A DNA stretch of 64,000 nt from NCBI RefSeq assembly GCF_964194155.1, contig NC_135908.1, positions 5,394,001 to 5,458,000 on the forward strand, given 5' to 3'. Positions 26,189 through 40,215 of the stretch are shown piece by piece. Under the pieces are notes generated by a model. It was not told the origin of the DNA and did no database searches. It was given only the letters and a program-made list of their open reading frames with translations. Numbering within the stretch: the first letter of the stretch is position 1; every line of letters begins with the position of its first letter. Source of the DNA: Cetorhinus maximus (Eukaryota). The position numbers and the translations under genes are program-made.

Positions 26189-26764
26189 GTTAGTTAAATG
26201 TTATAATTTTTCACGAAATTTTGTGTTTAATTCCTTCAATAATCTTGACTATTTCCTTATAAATATGTAGGGTTATTTTTTCAGTAAATTAATGCAATGT
26301 TGAATAGATGATTTGAGATGTGACCAATATTTCTTGCCCACTTTATTAATATTACTATGATCATTGCTTCCCTGAACTTTCCTCTTGTTCCCCCGCTCCC
26401 AGCCAAAATGGAAATACACCATTCAACACACACTTCCTGCTTTCTCTCATTGAACTGCAATCAAGATTCTTTGCAATATCTTCTAAGTCATTCCTTCCAA
26501 AAACCTCAAAACTACAGAACTCCCTATCTCTCCTCAGTCTTTTCCTCCTTCAAATGATCTCTAGGCTTTTAAAATCTGTTTGGGATTCACAAATTACAGT
26601 TTTATAATTTATTGCTTTTTTTTTCTTTTTGATGTTGATTATATCCTGAAATCTGAATCCTTTCACTTTGATAGGTTGGAACCTATAATTCCCTGAAATT
26701 ATTAGTTCCCAATCTGAGGCATGATGTTGCAGATAAGCCAGTCCCTACCTTTTTTCTTTCTTCT

Positions 26765-27148
26765 TTCATGGGATGTGGGCGTCACCGGCAAATCAGCATT
26801 TGTTGCCCATCCCTAATTGCCCTTGAAATGCGTGTCTTGCTGGGCCATTTTAGAGCCCAGTTAAGAATCAGCCACATTGCTGTGAGTCTGGAGTCACATG
26901 TAGGCCAGACCAGGTAAAGAGGGCAGAGTTCCTTCCCTAAGGGACATTAGTGAACCAGATGGGTTTTTTTTTTACAACAATTGATAGTTTTGTGGTCACC
27001 ATTACTAAGACTAGCTTTCAATTATAGATTTTATTAATTCAATTCAAATTTCACCAGCTGCCGTGGTGAGATTTGAAGCCATGTCCTCAGAGCATTAGCT
27101 TGGGCCTCTGGGTTACTAGTCCAGTGACACTACTACACCACTGTCTCC
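26765..27148 (-). mobile_element. tRNA-derived SINE (same family as 22065)
   Basis: Shared body GGGACATTAGTGAACCAGATGGGTTTTT and shared tail. Confidence 0.8.
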
Positions 27149-27552
27149 CACTTCATAGGGAAATTAGATTGAGAATCCCAGTACCACTGTTGCTTAACAC
27201 CCAGTTATGAAGCTTTAGCATAAATTGGCAAGGTGGCACCAGGACCACTCACCATTCCTCAGTTGAGTGGGTCCTGGGGCATCTAGATGATAGTCCAAAA
27301 CCAGCACTGATTAGTATATAAGTGTATAATCTCCAAAATTTTTAACATGTCTGATATAGTACATGCCAGGAGAACTTTGAGCATTAAATTAATTTTCTCA
27401 TGCCCCCTTCCCCTATTCACCACCACCCTACCCATAAACTGGATGTGAACAATTCACCATATAATCCTTCAACTCTGCAAGAACATTGCTGGTTAGGAGT
27501 TATCTAATGTGCATATTTTGTAGCTAAGAATGTTTCCACTCAATGAAAATAG

Positions 27553-27695
27553 GTGCAGAGGAAGATCCAGAATGGGTAACTGTGGAACGTGATCGTTTTG
27601 AAAACGATTATGACAAAGACAAGGATGGCAAACTTAATCAAGAGGAACTCTTGTTGTGGATTATTCCCAACAACCAAGACATTGCGCATGATGAG
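27553..27695 (+). CDS. RCN2: RCN2 coding exon 6 ([47 protein letters not shown])
   Basis: 143 nt; EDPEW motif and EF-hand; donor GAG|GTAAAC. Confidence 0.95.
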
Positions 27696-28847
27696 GTAAA
27701 CCTCCTGTCTTTAAATATTAAGCCTGTGCTAATAGGATTAGTCATTGAAACATTGTTTAATTTTTACTAGAAAGGATTTTAAATTTCAATCCAGCACCTT
27801 GTGAGTGTGTTCTCAGTATGGAAACTGCCACTGTTAATAATTGTCACTATTTCAGAGAGGTCACAGGATGGATAGTGTAGGTAATTACAACAATATATGT
27901 AGCACTGCCACAGTAGTACTCCTCTGCAGTTGGCCTGAAACACATTTTTGGAAGAAGACTAGAGGGAGCATTACTCTGCATTGGATGATGTCGTACTTTA
28001 CCTGTGAGTACATGATCTGGGTGCCTGAGATGGAAGTGTGTTCTGTTCCCCAGACCAACACTCCTCATGATGAGAGCATAAAAATTTAGAGGGTGCATAA
28101 AGTTTGTTTTTCCCACAAAAGAAATAGTTTAATTTAGAAAAGTAATGTAACAATATCAGGAAAAATGTTTTGTTTACAACCAGTGCTCATACTTCAGAAC
28201 CTTGAATGAATGTGAAAGAAATAAAAGCATAATGTCAGCAATACTCCTTGTGCAGGGGACCCCTGCCATGTAGCTTGTGTATTTTGTGGGGTGTTACCAC
28301 CAGTCTCTTTGGCACAGCATATCTGTGGTGTGATTTTGGAGAGAAAAATTGTAACACTTGAATTTGGAGGAAAGAAAATATTAGTGTATAAATTCCGTCT
28401 TTTTCAAGCTATTTTCTCTAACTTTTCCCTACTTTAGTAGGTCTTACGCACAAATACTGATGGGAAGATCAGGCAGGTGGTCTGTTACTAGGTTTCTGGC
28501 CAGGCTGTTCTAGTCTGGAGACTGAATTACTTAAGCTATTGGATGGCAGTCTCATTCATGGATGACAATAAGAATAAAAGAATTGGATGTAAGAACCGGA
28601 CATTAGGATGGTCACTGTTTCTCATCTGAGGTTGGAATTAAAGTTCATTGTTAGGCAGTGCCAGAGGAAGCTTTGTGCTGCATCTGAGCTAGAGTTGGTG
28701 TTCTGGACTTCTGAGTGAACCACAAGGAAGCACGCCAGAATCAGGCGAGGAATCTCCTGCTGAAGTTCATCCAGGTGCTTTGAGGCTAATTCAATTTTTG
28801 CTTACAGCCATCAGAGATTAACATTGAAAGTTTCTGTTCCCTGACAG

Positions 28848-29000
28848 GCTGATCATCTTGTCAAAGAAATTGATGCAAATGGAGATGAGAAACTTACAGA
28901 AGCAGAAATACTTGTGAGTCAGGATCTCTTCCTCAACAGTGAAGCAACCGACTATGGTAGCCAACTACACGATGAGAAATTCTACCACGATGAACTTTAA
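28848..29000 (+). CDS. RCN2: RCN2 last coding exon ([21 protein letters not shown]...[20 protein letters not shown])
   Basis: 153 nt; SEATDYG motif, HDEL ER-retention signal, TAA. Joined CDS = 960 nt (319 aa). Confidence 0.97.
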   Translation, partial: ADHLVKEIDANGDEKLTEAEILVSQDLFLNSEATDYGSQLHDEKFYHDEL

Positions 29001-32000
29001 TGCCAATCGTTCACTAGTGTTGGGTTTTGTTTCTATAACCAACTAAAATTCTTAGACCACTTTCGAGCGAATTCACTGGCCAGACAAGCGCTCACCGATA
29101 ACTGGTATTAAGTAAATGACCAGCCCAGTAGATTTTAACAGTAGTATTACTGTTATAAAAACATCCATTCCCATTATCCTGCTTACCTTACTGATAAGAT
29201 TGTCCACTCCTATATCATTCACCGTTGCTTCACAGAATTTGAGGTCAATATAAAATTGTGCACAGCATGTTTGTACCAATTTTTAAAACCAACATAATCG
29301 TAGAATCGTAGAAAATTTATGGCACAGAAGGAGGCCGTTTGGTCTACTGTCTGTGCCCGCTGAAAAAGATTTATCCAGCTTTATCCCATTTCTCAGCTCT
29401 TGGTGCATAACCTTGTAGTTCTTGCACTAAAAGTGCATATCCAAGTACTTTTCAGATGAAATGAGGGTTTTGGTATCTACCACCCTTTGAAACAAAGAGT
29501 TCCAGGTACCTCCCACCTTCTGAGTGACAAAAATTATCTTCAATTTCTCTTAATGCTTTCTTCACCCAATCTAGCTAGGTCTCCTCAATTTTATATACCA
29601 AAGTTTAGTTATTCTTATAAGAAGTGGACCTATTAATCTGCCATTTATCAGTACCATAAGACAATAGAGCAAATTTTAGATATAATCTAAGCAATGGAGG
29701 AATGGACCTTTCCTCTGCTGAATATTTTTCGATTTTAAAGCACAGTAGGAGAAATCAACAATGAGGGATGATTTCCTGTGCTCTTTATCTACAACTTAAT
29801 CGTGTATGCATTTTAATACATGAGTTTAAAATCCTGTGACATAAATTTGAGGAAACTCCCTAATAAACAGGAAACCTTTTGCTATACATTATATTTACTC
29901 GTATGGATTTTTTTAAACTCCCAGATTTGGCACTAAGTCCACAGTTTCACATAGCAGAGGTAGGAAATGGAAAGGTAGCACAAGGTGCTCTACTAAGATT
30001 CAAGCTGAAGCACATTGTTGAGGGAAATCAGCCTCACTTGGATATAACTGCTATACCTGGCCAGGAGAATGCTTGAGGCTGGTGCTAGACACAAGGGAAT
30101 TGGAAAATGTTGTAGTTCTCAGCAGTGATGTACCTCACCTTGATGAGCACATAACTCACAAAAAAAAGTCTTTATAAAATTCCCCGAAACATATGCTGCC
30201 TTTTAGACTTAAAGCTGTACTCTAAACTTGTCTCGAGCCAAATAACAGACCGAGCTGTCTGCAGGTGAATTTTTTAGTTGTAACTATCCACTCAGATTGT
30301 TTAAAAGATAAACACTGCATTTACATAAATGCCAAATGATGGCTCATTTCTGTGTTTTAATTGTTCGAAGTTAATCAACAAAAAAACACCCTCTAGGGTT
30401 CCTAAAAAGTGTTGTTGATTTTACTGTGCTTTGTAATTTAACATTTGAGGTAGTTTGTATAACAACGGAATCACTTATGACAACTGAAGTCTGTCATTGG
30501 AATGTTTTTGTATTTTAGTTTAAACCTTTAGTAGGCAGAACTTCATTTCATTCTGGGTTTCTGCAAATTCAGTTAGTAGTTTGCTGTTAAAGAAATAACA
30601 TAGGTATCAAGAACCACCGAGTCTAGACCTTATTATTTACTGTTGTGATTTCCAGCCACCCTTTCACCTGAGCCTCGTAGTCCTTAAAATAAAATCTGCT
30701 CGGTGCTATTGCTGTAATTATTCTAGAGCCTAATTATTTCAATGTAGTTTCACAAGTTAGAAACTATATAAACCTATCAAGGTCTGCAAAGTCTGTGTGA
30801 ATAAACCTCAAAATTGTGTTAATCTGTTTACTAATTAACTGGTTTCTCACCAATGCTGGACCCACATATGGAAATAATGACTCACCATCCCTACTGTCTT
30901 TTAGTGCTCATGAAACTGCTGGGTGTGCAAATCAACAGGACTTAAACTATAGTTGCTGTCCTCTTTCTGTACAGAGCACAATGCATTAAAATGTACACTA
31001 CTTTCTCTTTTATAGTTTAACATTTATAGAATAAATCTGAACCAATTTGTTATTGAATTAATGTCACTTTTAAAACTGCAATTCATTTTCACCAGCTGTT
31101 GGCTCATTTATATATGAAATCCTCAATGTATCAGCATTAAATTCTCCACATCAAATAGACTTTAATTTCTATTAATGTATCTGCCTAATTAACTGGAATC
31201 TGTCGTTGCATAAATTGCTGTGAATAAACACGTTGGCATAGTTTATTCAGTAATTAAAAAATGGAAAATGTTGGAAGTACACTGCAGACTCATTAATGCT
31301 TCAGGCAGAGGTCCTTTGTGTTTTAATAGCAGCTGGCCTGATGTGTACTCAGTGCATTTGTCTGCCTTTTAGATTTCTTTTATTTGCAATTTCTTTTGTA
31401 TTTCTTTTTTAATCTTCCAGAGTTTCCACTTTGATCAAGGTGACTTCTAAGAAGGTAATCGGCTAACACTCATTTCTTAGGGTTTTTTTTAATGTTCCAA
31501 ACACACCTTTTATAGTGGCCAGCATTGCAGTTAAAATGGACTCATACAGAAGGCTCAGCCAGCAGAAGGATTCAGTTAGACTTACTGCTAAACTAAGTCA
31601 GGTGTTGAACCTGTGTGGGACATTGATGTTTTACAAAGATACAGGAAAGGTCAATGCTGCTTCATTGCCAAACTGCACATGTTGGGGAAAAGGCTGTAGA
31701 GTACTGAGAAAGACAGGTCACGGTTCAAAGTGAATCTTTACTCGACTGTGAGAATGTCAGTGCTTCTTTTCAGCATCTGTTTGTTTTAAGCTATAATTTA
31801 ATGTGTGATCTTTGAAGCAATTAATACCTCAAAGTTCTCTTTCAGTTAATATCATTATAAAGTTAAGGAGATGTATCCTTTGCAGCGTTGTACATAATGG
31901 TTTACGTTGTTCTTATTGAGCCTTCTATTTTATGATGGGTGGTATACTGTTCCAGTTTGTAACTAAGATGGCAACCTGGTTTTCACTTAAACCAGTGCCA

Positions 32001-32284
32001 CTAACCCTTGGTTTTAAGATTAAACTTTTGCTGAAAGTTCAGTTAAAAACTTGTGATGTTTAAATCAATTGTCTTTGATTTTCCTTCTTCTCATACTATG
32101 TATTACCATTTCCTTCATGTGATAAAGAAGCACATCCAAAAGGTTCACCTATCTTTCCTTTCAAGCATGTTACGGTTTATTTCAGATTTCCAGCATTTCT
32201 TCCATTTCCTCCTTGTTTTTCTCCAGTCGTAGAGCTGATATCAACTAAAGGAAGGAATGATTGGATGAGGAAGGAGGAAATGGG

Positions 32285-32710
32285 GAAAGGTTGGATAGGC
32301 TAGGGTTGTTTACCTTTGAGCAGAGGAGGCTGAGGGGGGACCTAATTGAGGTGTACAAAATTATGAGGGGCCTAGATAGGGTGGACAGGGAAGGTCTGTT
32401 TCCCCTAGCTGAGGGGACATAGATTTAAGGTGATTGGTAGAAGGATTAGAGGGAACATGAGGAAAAACTTTTTCACCCAGAGGGTAGTGGGTGTCTGGAA
32501 TTCACTGCCCGAATTGGTTATGGCTAAAACACTCATTTAAAAAGGTACCTGGACCTGCACCTGAATTGCTGTAACCCGCAAGGCTACGGACCAGGTGCTG
32601 GCAAGTGGGATTAAAATGAGTGGTTAGTTTGTTTTTTCTCTTTTCTTTTGGCTGGCGCAGACACGATGGGCTGAATGGCCTCTCTGTGCTGTCACTTTTC
32701 TATGGTTCTA
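32285..32710 (+). mobile_element. CR1 LINE 3' end
   Basis: LDRLGLFTFEQRRLRGDLIEVYKIM frame; tail GATGGGCTGAATGGCCTC...TTCTATGGTTCTA. Confidence 0.85.
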
Positions 32711-34504
32711 AAGAAGACATGGTATTCAAAACAATCCAGATCAAAAAAAAAGCCTGGGCTCTAGAATCAAAGATGTATGGGGCCACCATTAGCTGCAGAA
32801 GAAAAGTTTTGATTATTGATCATTGAAAGTGCCCAACCTGAAATTATCAGCAAGACTGATAAGACAACAGGCTGTATTTCAAGGCCATAGACATTGTTGG
32901 TGAGGATACATTTTGATGTTTGGGCATTGTCTTTTCACAAAGACTTTGATTAGGAAAATTCAAAGCTGAGCAGTAAGGATGGTTCTCAGTCTTCGTTCTC
33001 CAAGTTAGAGGGGATCTCAAGTGAACTTGAGTACAAAATTCTGGAGCTTCAAGCAAGATAAGTTTGGCACAATCACCTGCCCCTCACAAAAGAAGTACAA
33101 ATATTGAATTGAAACTCAGCTAAAATGGTTAACACTGCCAATTAATGCATTTGGAAAGGACTGGATGCATTTCTAGTTGGAAACATGGTGATAGAAAGTA
33201 TAGCTAGAGATGATTCCTTATTCGAAGGGAGGATTGATAAAGTCATGTGTATGACACGGAAAGCCCGATAGAGTGGAATGTAGCTAATAACATGCCTGAT
33301 CAGTAGCTGATATGTACTTTTCATAGCACATAAACAGATACATAATTAGCTCCTTGGTCTCTCCACCTATTGTGCAGAATGTTTCTGAGTAGTGTTCTGC
33401 TCACAGTGTAAGTTTGGGGCTGAGGGAGGGAGACAGAAAAAGAAAGCACTGATGGCTATTGAGAACCACAGATCGGAGCAGCAAATTGGAAGAAGCTGAT
33501 TAGAAGATTAATCTATTGCTTAAAATGCTAATGAGTAGTGCTGCTCATCTGCTTTTAATGAAGTTTGCTCCCTGCATAAAAAAATGAAAAGAGGATCACT
33601 GTCCAAAACTGATCATTACAACCCATGGAAAATGCAGTTTATCAAAATGGGTTTTGGCAAATTTGATCTAAGCAGTGATCACTAAAGGTGGATTCCACAG
33701 GATTCTTAAACATTCCTGATTTACATTTTTGTGGACAGAGGAGGAAGTAAAGCTGGGGAATTCCATCTCTGTGCTGGCAAGCCCTGGTTTTCTGCCTATT
33801 AGTAGTCTGAGGGTGGAAAACCATAGGCTGGCAAGTGCTGCAGCAGTAAATCCTGTTCTAAATGTTTTGAGCGAGATGCAGATGGGTTGCAGGTGTCCAG
33901 TGGAATAAATAGGTTAAGTTGAGCCGAATGATTTTTTAAATATAATTCATAGTCTCCCTGAGTGATCAGTGTTGCCTGTGGGTAGTCTAAGCTCTGGAAC
34001 ACAGTTATAATGTTTAGCTGTTAATATTGGTCTCTCTCTTTAAGGCCACTGCTCTCAAGCAAACCCAAAGGGGAAAGTGATCTAATTAGGCCAGGAGGTT
34101 AATTAGCTAATTTTTGTTGCTGCAAGTGACTGTTCACTGGCAGCTGCTTGTTATTTTATCAAAGATTAGGAAGAAAAAGCGCAAAATAATGACTGAATTT
34201 TTTCTACCCTTTTTATACAAAGTGCGTGGTCTTAATTTGTACCACTTTCAAAACTTTATATAAAAGTGAAATGATATAAAGGATTATTTAGAAGGCTTAT
34301 TTTGAAAACAAAACATGTGCTGGAAATTTGAAAGAAGATGTTAAGTCATTTTTGTTCAAGACAGATCCATGGATTGGAGTTTCTATATTAAATTGGAATC
34401 AACGTACACTCGAGTGTATTGTGTTTAACATACAGATTAGTCATATGTGGGGCTCACCCCTCTGTAAAAAGTCCTCATTACATCACTGAATCTCCATTTG
34501 CTTA

Positions 34505-35225
34505 GTAGAGTGCAGCTCCAACAACACTCAAGAAGCTTGACACCATTCAGGCCCGCTTGATTGGCACCCCATACACCAACTTAAACATTTACTCCCTCCA
34601 CCACCGATGCAGAGTGGCAGCAGTGTGTACCATCTACAAGATGCACTGCAGCAACTCACCAAGTCTCCTTCAACAGCTCCTTCTGAACCCCTTATCTCTA
34701 TCATCTAGAAGGACAAGGGCAGCAGATGCATGGGAACACCACCACTTGGAAGTTCCTCTCCACGCTGCACACCAAACTGATTTGGAAATATATTGCCGTT
34801 CCTTCACTGTCACTGGGTCAAAATACTGGAACAAGCTCCCTAACAGCACTGTGGGTGTACCTACTCCACATGGACTGCAGCGGTTCAAGAAGGCAGCTCA
34901 CCACCACCACCTCAAGGGTAACCACCCTGCATTTGTTCCCAATTCTTTTTTTATTACTTTGTATATGTGCATATATAGGAGGAATATACTTGCCTTGGAG
35001 AGAGTGCAACCAAATTTCACAAGGCTGACTCCTGGGATGAGGGCATTGTGCTATGAGGGGAGATTGAGTAGACTCACCATATTTTGCTTGGAATTTAGAA
35101 GAATGAGGTGATCTTATTGTAACAACGTTTTTAAGGAACTTCACAGGATAGATGCTGGGACGTTGTTTCTCCTGAGGCAAATAGAGCTAGGGGGTCACAC
35201 TCAGAATAAGGGCCAGGATGCGGCA
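34505..35225 (+). mobile_element. Adjacent LINE fragments (CR1/L2-type 3' end followed by a CR1 RT piece)
   Basis: Chimeric ORF 34557-35111 joins IYKMHCSNSP...WNKLP to LERVQ..FTRL.PGM. Confidence 0.8.
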
Positions 35226-36852
35226 TTGGATTTGCCCTCCCAATTTGGTATCCCTGTTCGGTACCCTTTGATATGATGGTAGCATTGGTTTCAAGTAGGT
35301 TGACTTTGTTGGCTCTTTAATGGTAGTACAAATTAATGTTGCCAATCCCCTAGGATTGGCCTGGAGTCTCCAGGCATTGAAAATCAATCTCCAGGAACTG
35401 CTGTGTGCAACCCTGGAGAAAAACCATCGGCACATTAAAAAAGATTGTATCTTTTTGTAATTTTCTTTGAACATTTCTCGTTACCAGCTATAAAAATATG
35501 AAAATGGAGAAAAAAAGTTATTTGGCCAACAGTCAAGCATCATCCGGTTGGGTAATGTGTATTTTTGCTTTTCAATTGGTGTAGGAAGGCAGTGCGTCAC
35601 AAGGATGGATGTGTTGGCCGACTAATGTCTGGAGCATGGGGGCAAGTCATGTCATGAAACCTCCAGGAATACATTCATTCACAGTTGGCAACCCTAGTAC
35701 AAATGCAGCCTGAAATGTGGAATGCATTTAGTCAGGTTGATTCACAAGTGTATGAGGGCCCATCCTTATCTAGGGTTCAATAGTGTGGCCATGCTTTTTT
35801 TTGTTGAGAATTTTAGATATTTATATCTTTCAGTAATCATTGGACTAATGATCTAGAGGCCTAGACAAACAATTCAAAGAACAAATCCCATCTGGCATAA
35901 TTTTCACTGCGTCTCCTGCCAATGCAAGATGACCACTGATAAGTGCACATGTGCAGAAATCCAATGATGTCATTGGCCAGAGACACAGTGTCAACAAAAC
36001 CCACCTTTAGGAAAAACTTCTGTGGAGCTCATTCCAGGATTGGTGCTATTTGTACATTAAATATTAACATTGAACCTTCCACTTCGAGCGCAGTGACCTG
36101 TCTCTTTCTCTCGCTAGCTCTGTTTCTCTACCCCTCTCTCTATACCTATCTAGTCCCCCATCTCTGCTCGTGTCGATATCTCTGTTCTTTTTCTCTCTCT
36201 CTCTAACTACCTCAGGTTTAACCTTGATTGAAAAGCAGTCTGAAAAGTTTCTATCTTAAAATTTTAAATAATGACACGCTGTAGCCATGTTTTATATTTA
36301 ATCAATGACTTAATTGAGAAATGGGGTGTGGGGGGAATGGGGAATGGAAGCAATCCACAATCAGATCTTCAGTAAATTGAATTTGGGGAGCGTAGCCATG
36401 GTTACAGTGCAGGAAAGGCTGCAGGCAATGACGTCACAAATTAAAACAGTACAGCTGCGCATGCACCACATTGGCAGCAAGCATAGCCATTAATTTTAAA
36501 TTCTAAAGGAATCAGGGGATATGTGGATAAGGTGGGGAAGGTGGAGTTGAGGTTGAAAATCAGCCATTATTTTGTTAAATGGCAGAGCAGGCTTGAACAG
36601 CTACGTTACCTAATCCTGGTCCTATTTCCTATGCTTTAATGAACTCAAAAGCTACCTGATGGAAAGAAATCCTCCAAACTTGGTGCAATACTTTCAAATA
36701 TTTAGCGGAACCCTCCTCTTGCCTCTGCCCAGTTCACAGGGCCTCTGGGGAAAGTGGAGAATTCTTTCCACCTGGTGCATCTGTCACTGAGCCAGCACTG
36801 ATTCACTCTGAATGGGCCAAAATGTAGTAAATGTAAACATAGGAAAGCAGGA

Positions 36853-37172
36853 ATTCACCAAGGCTCCTTTGACAGCACCTTCCAAACCCATGACCACTAC
36901 TATCTAGAAGGACAAGGGCAGCAGATAGATGGGAACACCACCACCTAGAAGTTCCCCTCCAAGTCACTCAACATCCTGACTTGGAAATATATCGCCGTTC
37001 CTTCACTGTCGCTGGGTCAAAATCCTGGAACTCCCTCCCTAACAGCACTGTGGACATACCTACATCACATGGACTGCAGCGGTTCAAGAAGGCAGCTCAC
37101 CACCTCTTCAAGGGCAACTAGGGATGGGCAATAAGTGCTGGCCCAGCCAGTGAAGCACACATCCCGTGAATT
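36853..37172 (+). mobile_element. LINE (CR1/L2-type) 3' end
   Basis: High identity to the other family copies. Confidence 0.85.
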
Positions 37173-39442
37173 AACTTTTAAAAATTATTCTATATGCTAG
37201 ATTTAACAAAGAGCAGAACCATTGGCTGAAGAATTAGACCTCTTAGTTTAGTATCTGCCAGATACCTCAAATTCATTACTTATAAAAATAAATACTGGCT
37301 TAGGGAATAAAAGGCATTAGTATTTAAAAATGAAATTGGCTTCTTTTCGTTAACAAAGTTATGGTTGAATAGAAAGTCCCATTTAGTTTGCACAGTAAAG
37401 TAGGTTTAGAACACCTTCACTACTAGATACAGAGCACTTAAAAACAAACCCATTACTGTGGTAGAGATGAGCAAATTAATACTACCCTGGGTGCTAAGTC
37501 TGAAAGGCTGAGGGGGGACCATTAGCATTTGTCACAAGATGGCAAAGTGGAAAGTTGCAGATCACTAAGGGAGTCCAAGTTGCTGTGGTAACATGCACTT
37601 TTACATAGAGCTATGAATAGTGATGGTAGAGGCTCCAACTTTCTTTCCATCACATGGCTGACCAAGAATTTATCACTCTTGCCACCTGCCTTTGGCATAT
37701 GTTGGAAGGATTTATAATAATCAACTGGTTTGACCACATTATAAATGCATCCTCCTTGACCATTAAGTCCTGAGGCCTGAGCATCTGGCTCAGAGACGCT
37801 ACCCACTGTGCCACAACACCTCATGATAAAGTGTAAACGTACCTTTATATGAAAGAAGTGCTTTGTAATAGTGATTGTCTGATCAAACCTGATTGTGAGG
37901 GTGTGTACAAAACACGCCTTGATTATTTTTAGGTGTTCAAGGAAACTTTGGATTGCTAGTGTAAGAAGTTAACTAGATTGTCTTTTAAACAAATTTGAAA
38001 ACTTCAATCCACTTCGGAAGATAGTGTTAGGAATATGTATGCTGGCTGGATTATTTTTTGCCACCGCCTCTGCATCCTAGCCAAGTGAGTTAAGGCTAAA
38101 GGTAAATTCACCTCTCCAGTTGAGACCTCCTTAGTGTGGAATAGGTATCAAAGCAAGGCTGCATTAACCTGACAATCTTTCATTACATGGTGTAGCAGTG
38201 TGTTTACCCACTGAGCCATTAGGGAACATTGTAATCTATTGAATCTATTGATACCTATATTAGAAACCAGAAGATTAAGATTTGGGTGATTAATGAACAT
38301 TAGCAAAATAAGAGGATTTAATATTACCTTGAATGTATTGCTACACAGTGTATTGTGCTTAATTTAATTTTGCAGAATGTATGATAGTGTAGCAGAAGTA
38401 GCATGAACTAGATTAAAGGGTACTGGAGATGCTAGTATGGACCTGAAGATATGTGGTTTCATGTGATGGTTAATATTGTGTTAAAAATGCATTATATGAG
38501 GAGAAAGCCAAGAGGCCTTGCCTCATTGTCACTGCCAGTGTCACACTTGCCTGGTCATCAGAGATGCACAAAATAGCCATTTTGATGTCTTCTTGGATGA
38601 TTCTTCATTTTCCCCCTTGAGGTTAATTCCTGCTTGGCATTGGCTACAGCAGTTACCTGAGATGACTCGATGAGAAGGATGAACCATCCGTGATTAACAA
38701 AGGTGGCCAAGGACAGAATCCAATCAAAAACAAAAACAGGCAGAACAACGAAATTTAGTGGTAGGCCAGAGGATTGGGAATTTTTTTAGGAACCAGCAGC
38801 AGATGACTAAAAAGCTAATGAAGAGGGAGAAAATTGATTATGAAACTAAATTGGCAAGAAATATAAAAATAAATAGCTTCTACGGGTGTATAAAAAGAAA
38901 GAGAGTGGCTAAAGTGAGCGTGGGACCCTTGGAGGATGTGATTCGAGAGTTGATAACGAGGAACAGGAGAATGGCAGATAAGGGCTATAGGCCAAGTGCT
39001 GGAAAATGGGATTAGAATAGATATGTGCTTGATGGTCGGCACGGACACGCTGGGCCAAAGGGCCTGTTTCTGAACTGTATAACTTATGACTCTATAATTT
39101 AAATTGAGAAGCAAGATTAATGCATACCAAAAGGCAATATATTCATCGCCCATAAGAGGGCAGCTGTTAGCACAGACCATAGAAGCAGCTGATGCCAACG
39201 TTGCAAGGAACAATGATAAGACCTGAAATATTAACACTACCTTCCTCGGAGCATGCGATGCCTGACCCACTGAGTGCCTCCAGCACTTTGTTTTATTTTA
39301 GTATTTTTTTAGAAACAGTTCACATTTGTTAAACGCAAATTACCGATAAAGGGACACAAACCATTTAGATTATGAATCATTGTGGAGCTCATTTCTACTG
39401 TCATGAAAGTATGATTGAACAAGCTCAACAAATCAATTATTG

Positions 39443-40215
39443 AAACAAAAACAAAAACACCTGGAAAAACTCAGCAGGTCTGACAGCATCTGCGGAGAGG
39501 AACACAGTTGACGTTTCGAGTCCATATGACTCTTCATCAGAACTGAGGAAATAGAGACGTGAGGTGAAATATAAGCTGGTAGAGGGGGGTGGGACAGGTA
39601 AAGCTGGATAGGGGGCCAGTGATAGGTGGAGGCAAAGAAGAAATTGCCAAAGATGTCATAGACAAAAGGACAAAGGGATGTTGACGGTGGTGATATTATC
39701 TAAGGAATGTGCTAATGGGGACATTAAAAGTAGAAAGCAGGACAAGCTAGTGACATATGGCCCTAGTGGGGGTGGGGTGGGGGGGAGGGATCGAAATGGG
39801 CTAAAAGGTGGAGATAAAACAATAGTTCAAAATAAATTTTAAAATAGGTGGGAAAAGAAAAATATATATATTTTTAAATTATAAATTATTGGAAGAAGGG
39901 GGATCGGAAAGGGGGTGGGGACAGAGGACAGAGTTCATGATCTGAAATTGTTGAACTCAATATTAAGTCCGGAAGGCTGTAAAGTGCCTAGTCGGAAGAT
40001 GAGGTGCTGTTCCTCCAATTTGCATTGAGCTTGCAGCAGGCCAAGGACGGACATGTGGGCATGAGAGCAGGGTGATGTGTTGAAATGGCAAGCGACAGGG
40101 AGGTCTGGGTCATACTTGCAGACAGACCGAAGGTGCAGATGCTGTCAGACCTGCTGAGTTTGTCCAGGTATTTTTGTTTTTGTTTCAGATTTCCAGCATC
40201 CGTAGTATTTTGCTT
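39443..40215 (-). mobile_element. Penelope-like element: GIY-YIG endonuclease C-terminus + 3' repeat on -, short inverted copy on +, 13-bp TSD
   Basis: The - strand at ~39935-40035 encodes KLEEQHLIFRLGTLQPSGLNIEFNNFRS*; inverted end 40135-40215; TSD AAAT(C/G)AATTATTG at 39430-39442 and 40216-40228. Confidence 0.9.
39505..39545 (-). ncRNA. Minimal type I hammerhead ribozyme
   Basis: CAGUU-CUGAUGA-A-GAGUC(AUAUG)GACUC-GAAAC-GUC-AACUG: intact core, stems I and II, palindromic ACGU stem III, GUC cleavage triplet. Confidence 0.85.
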
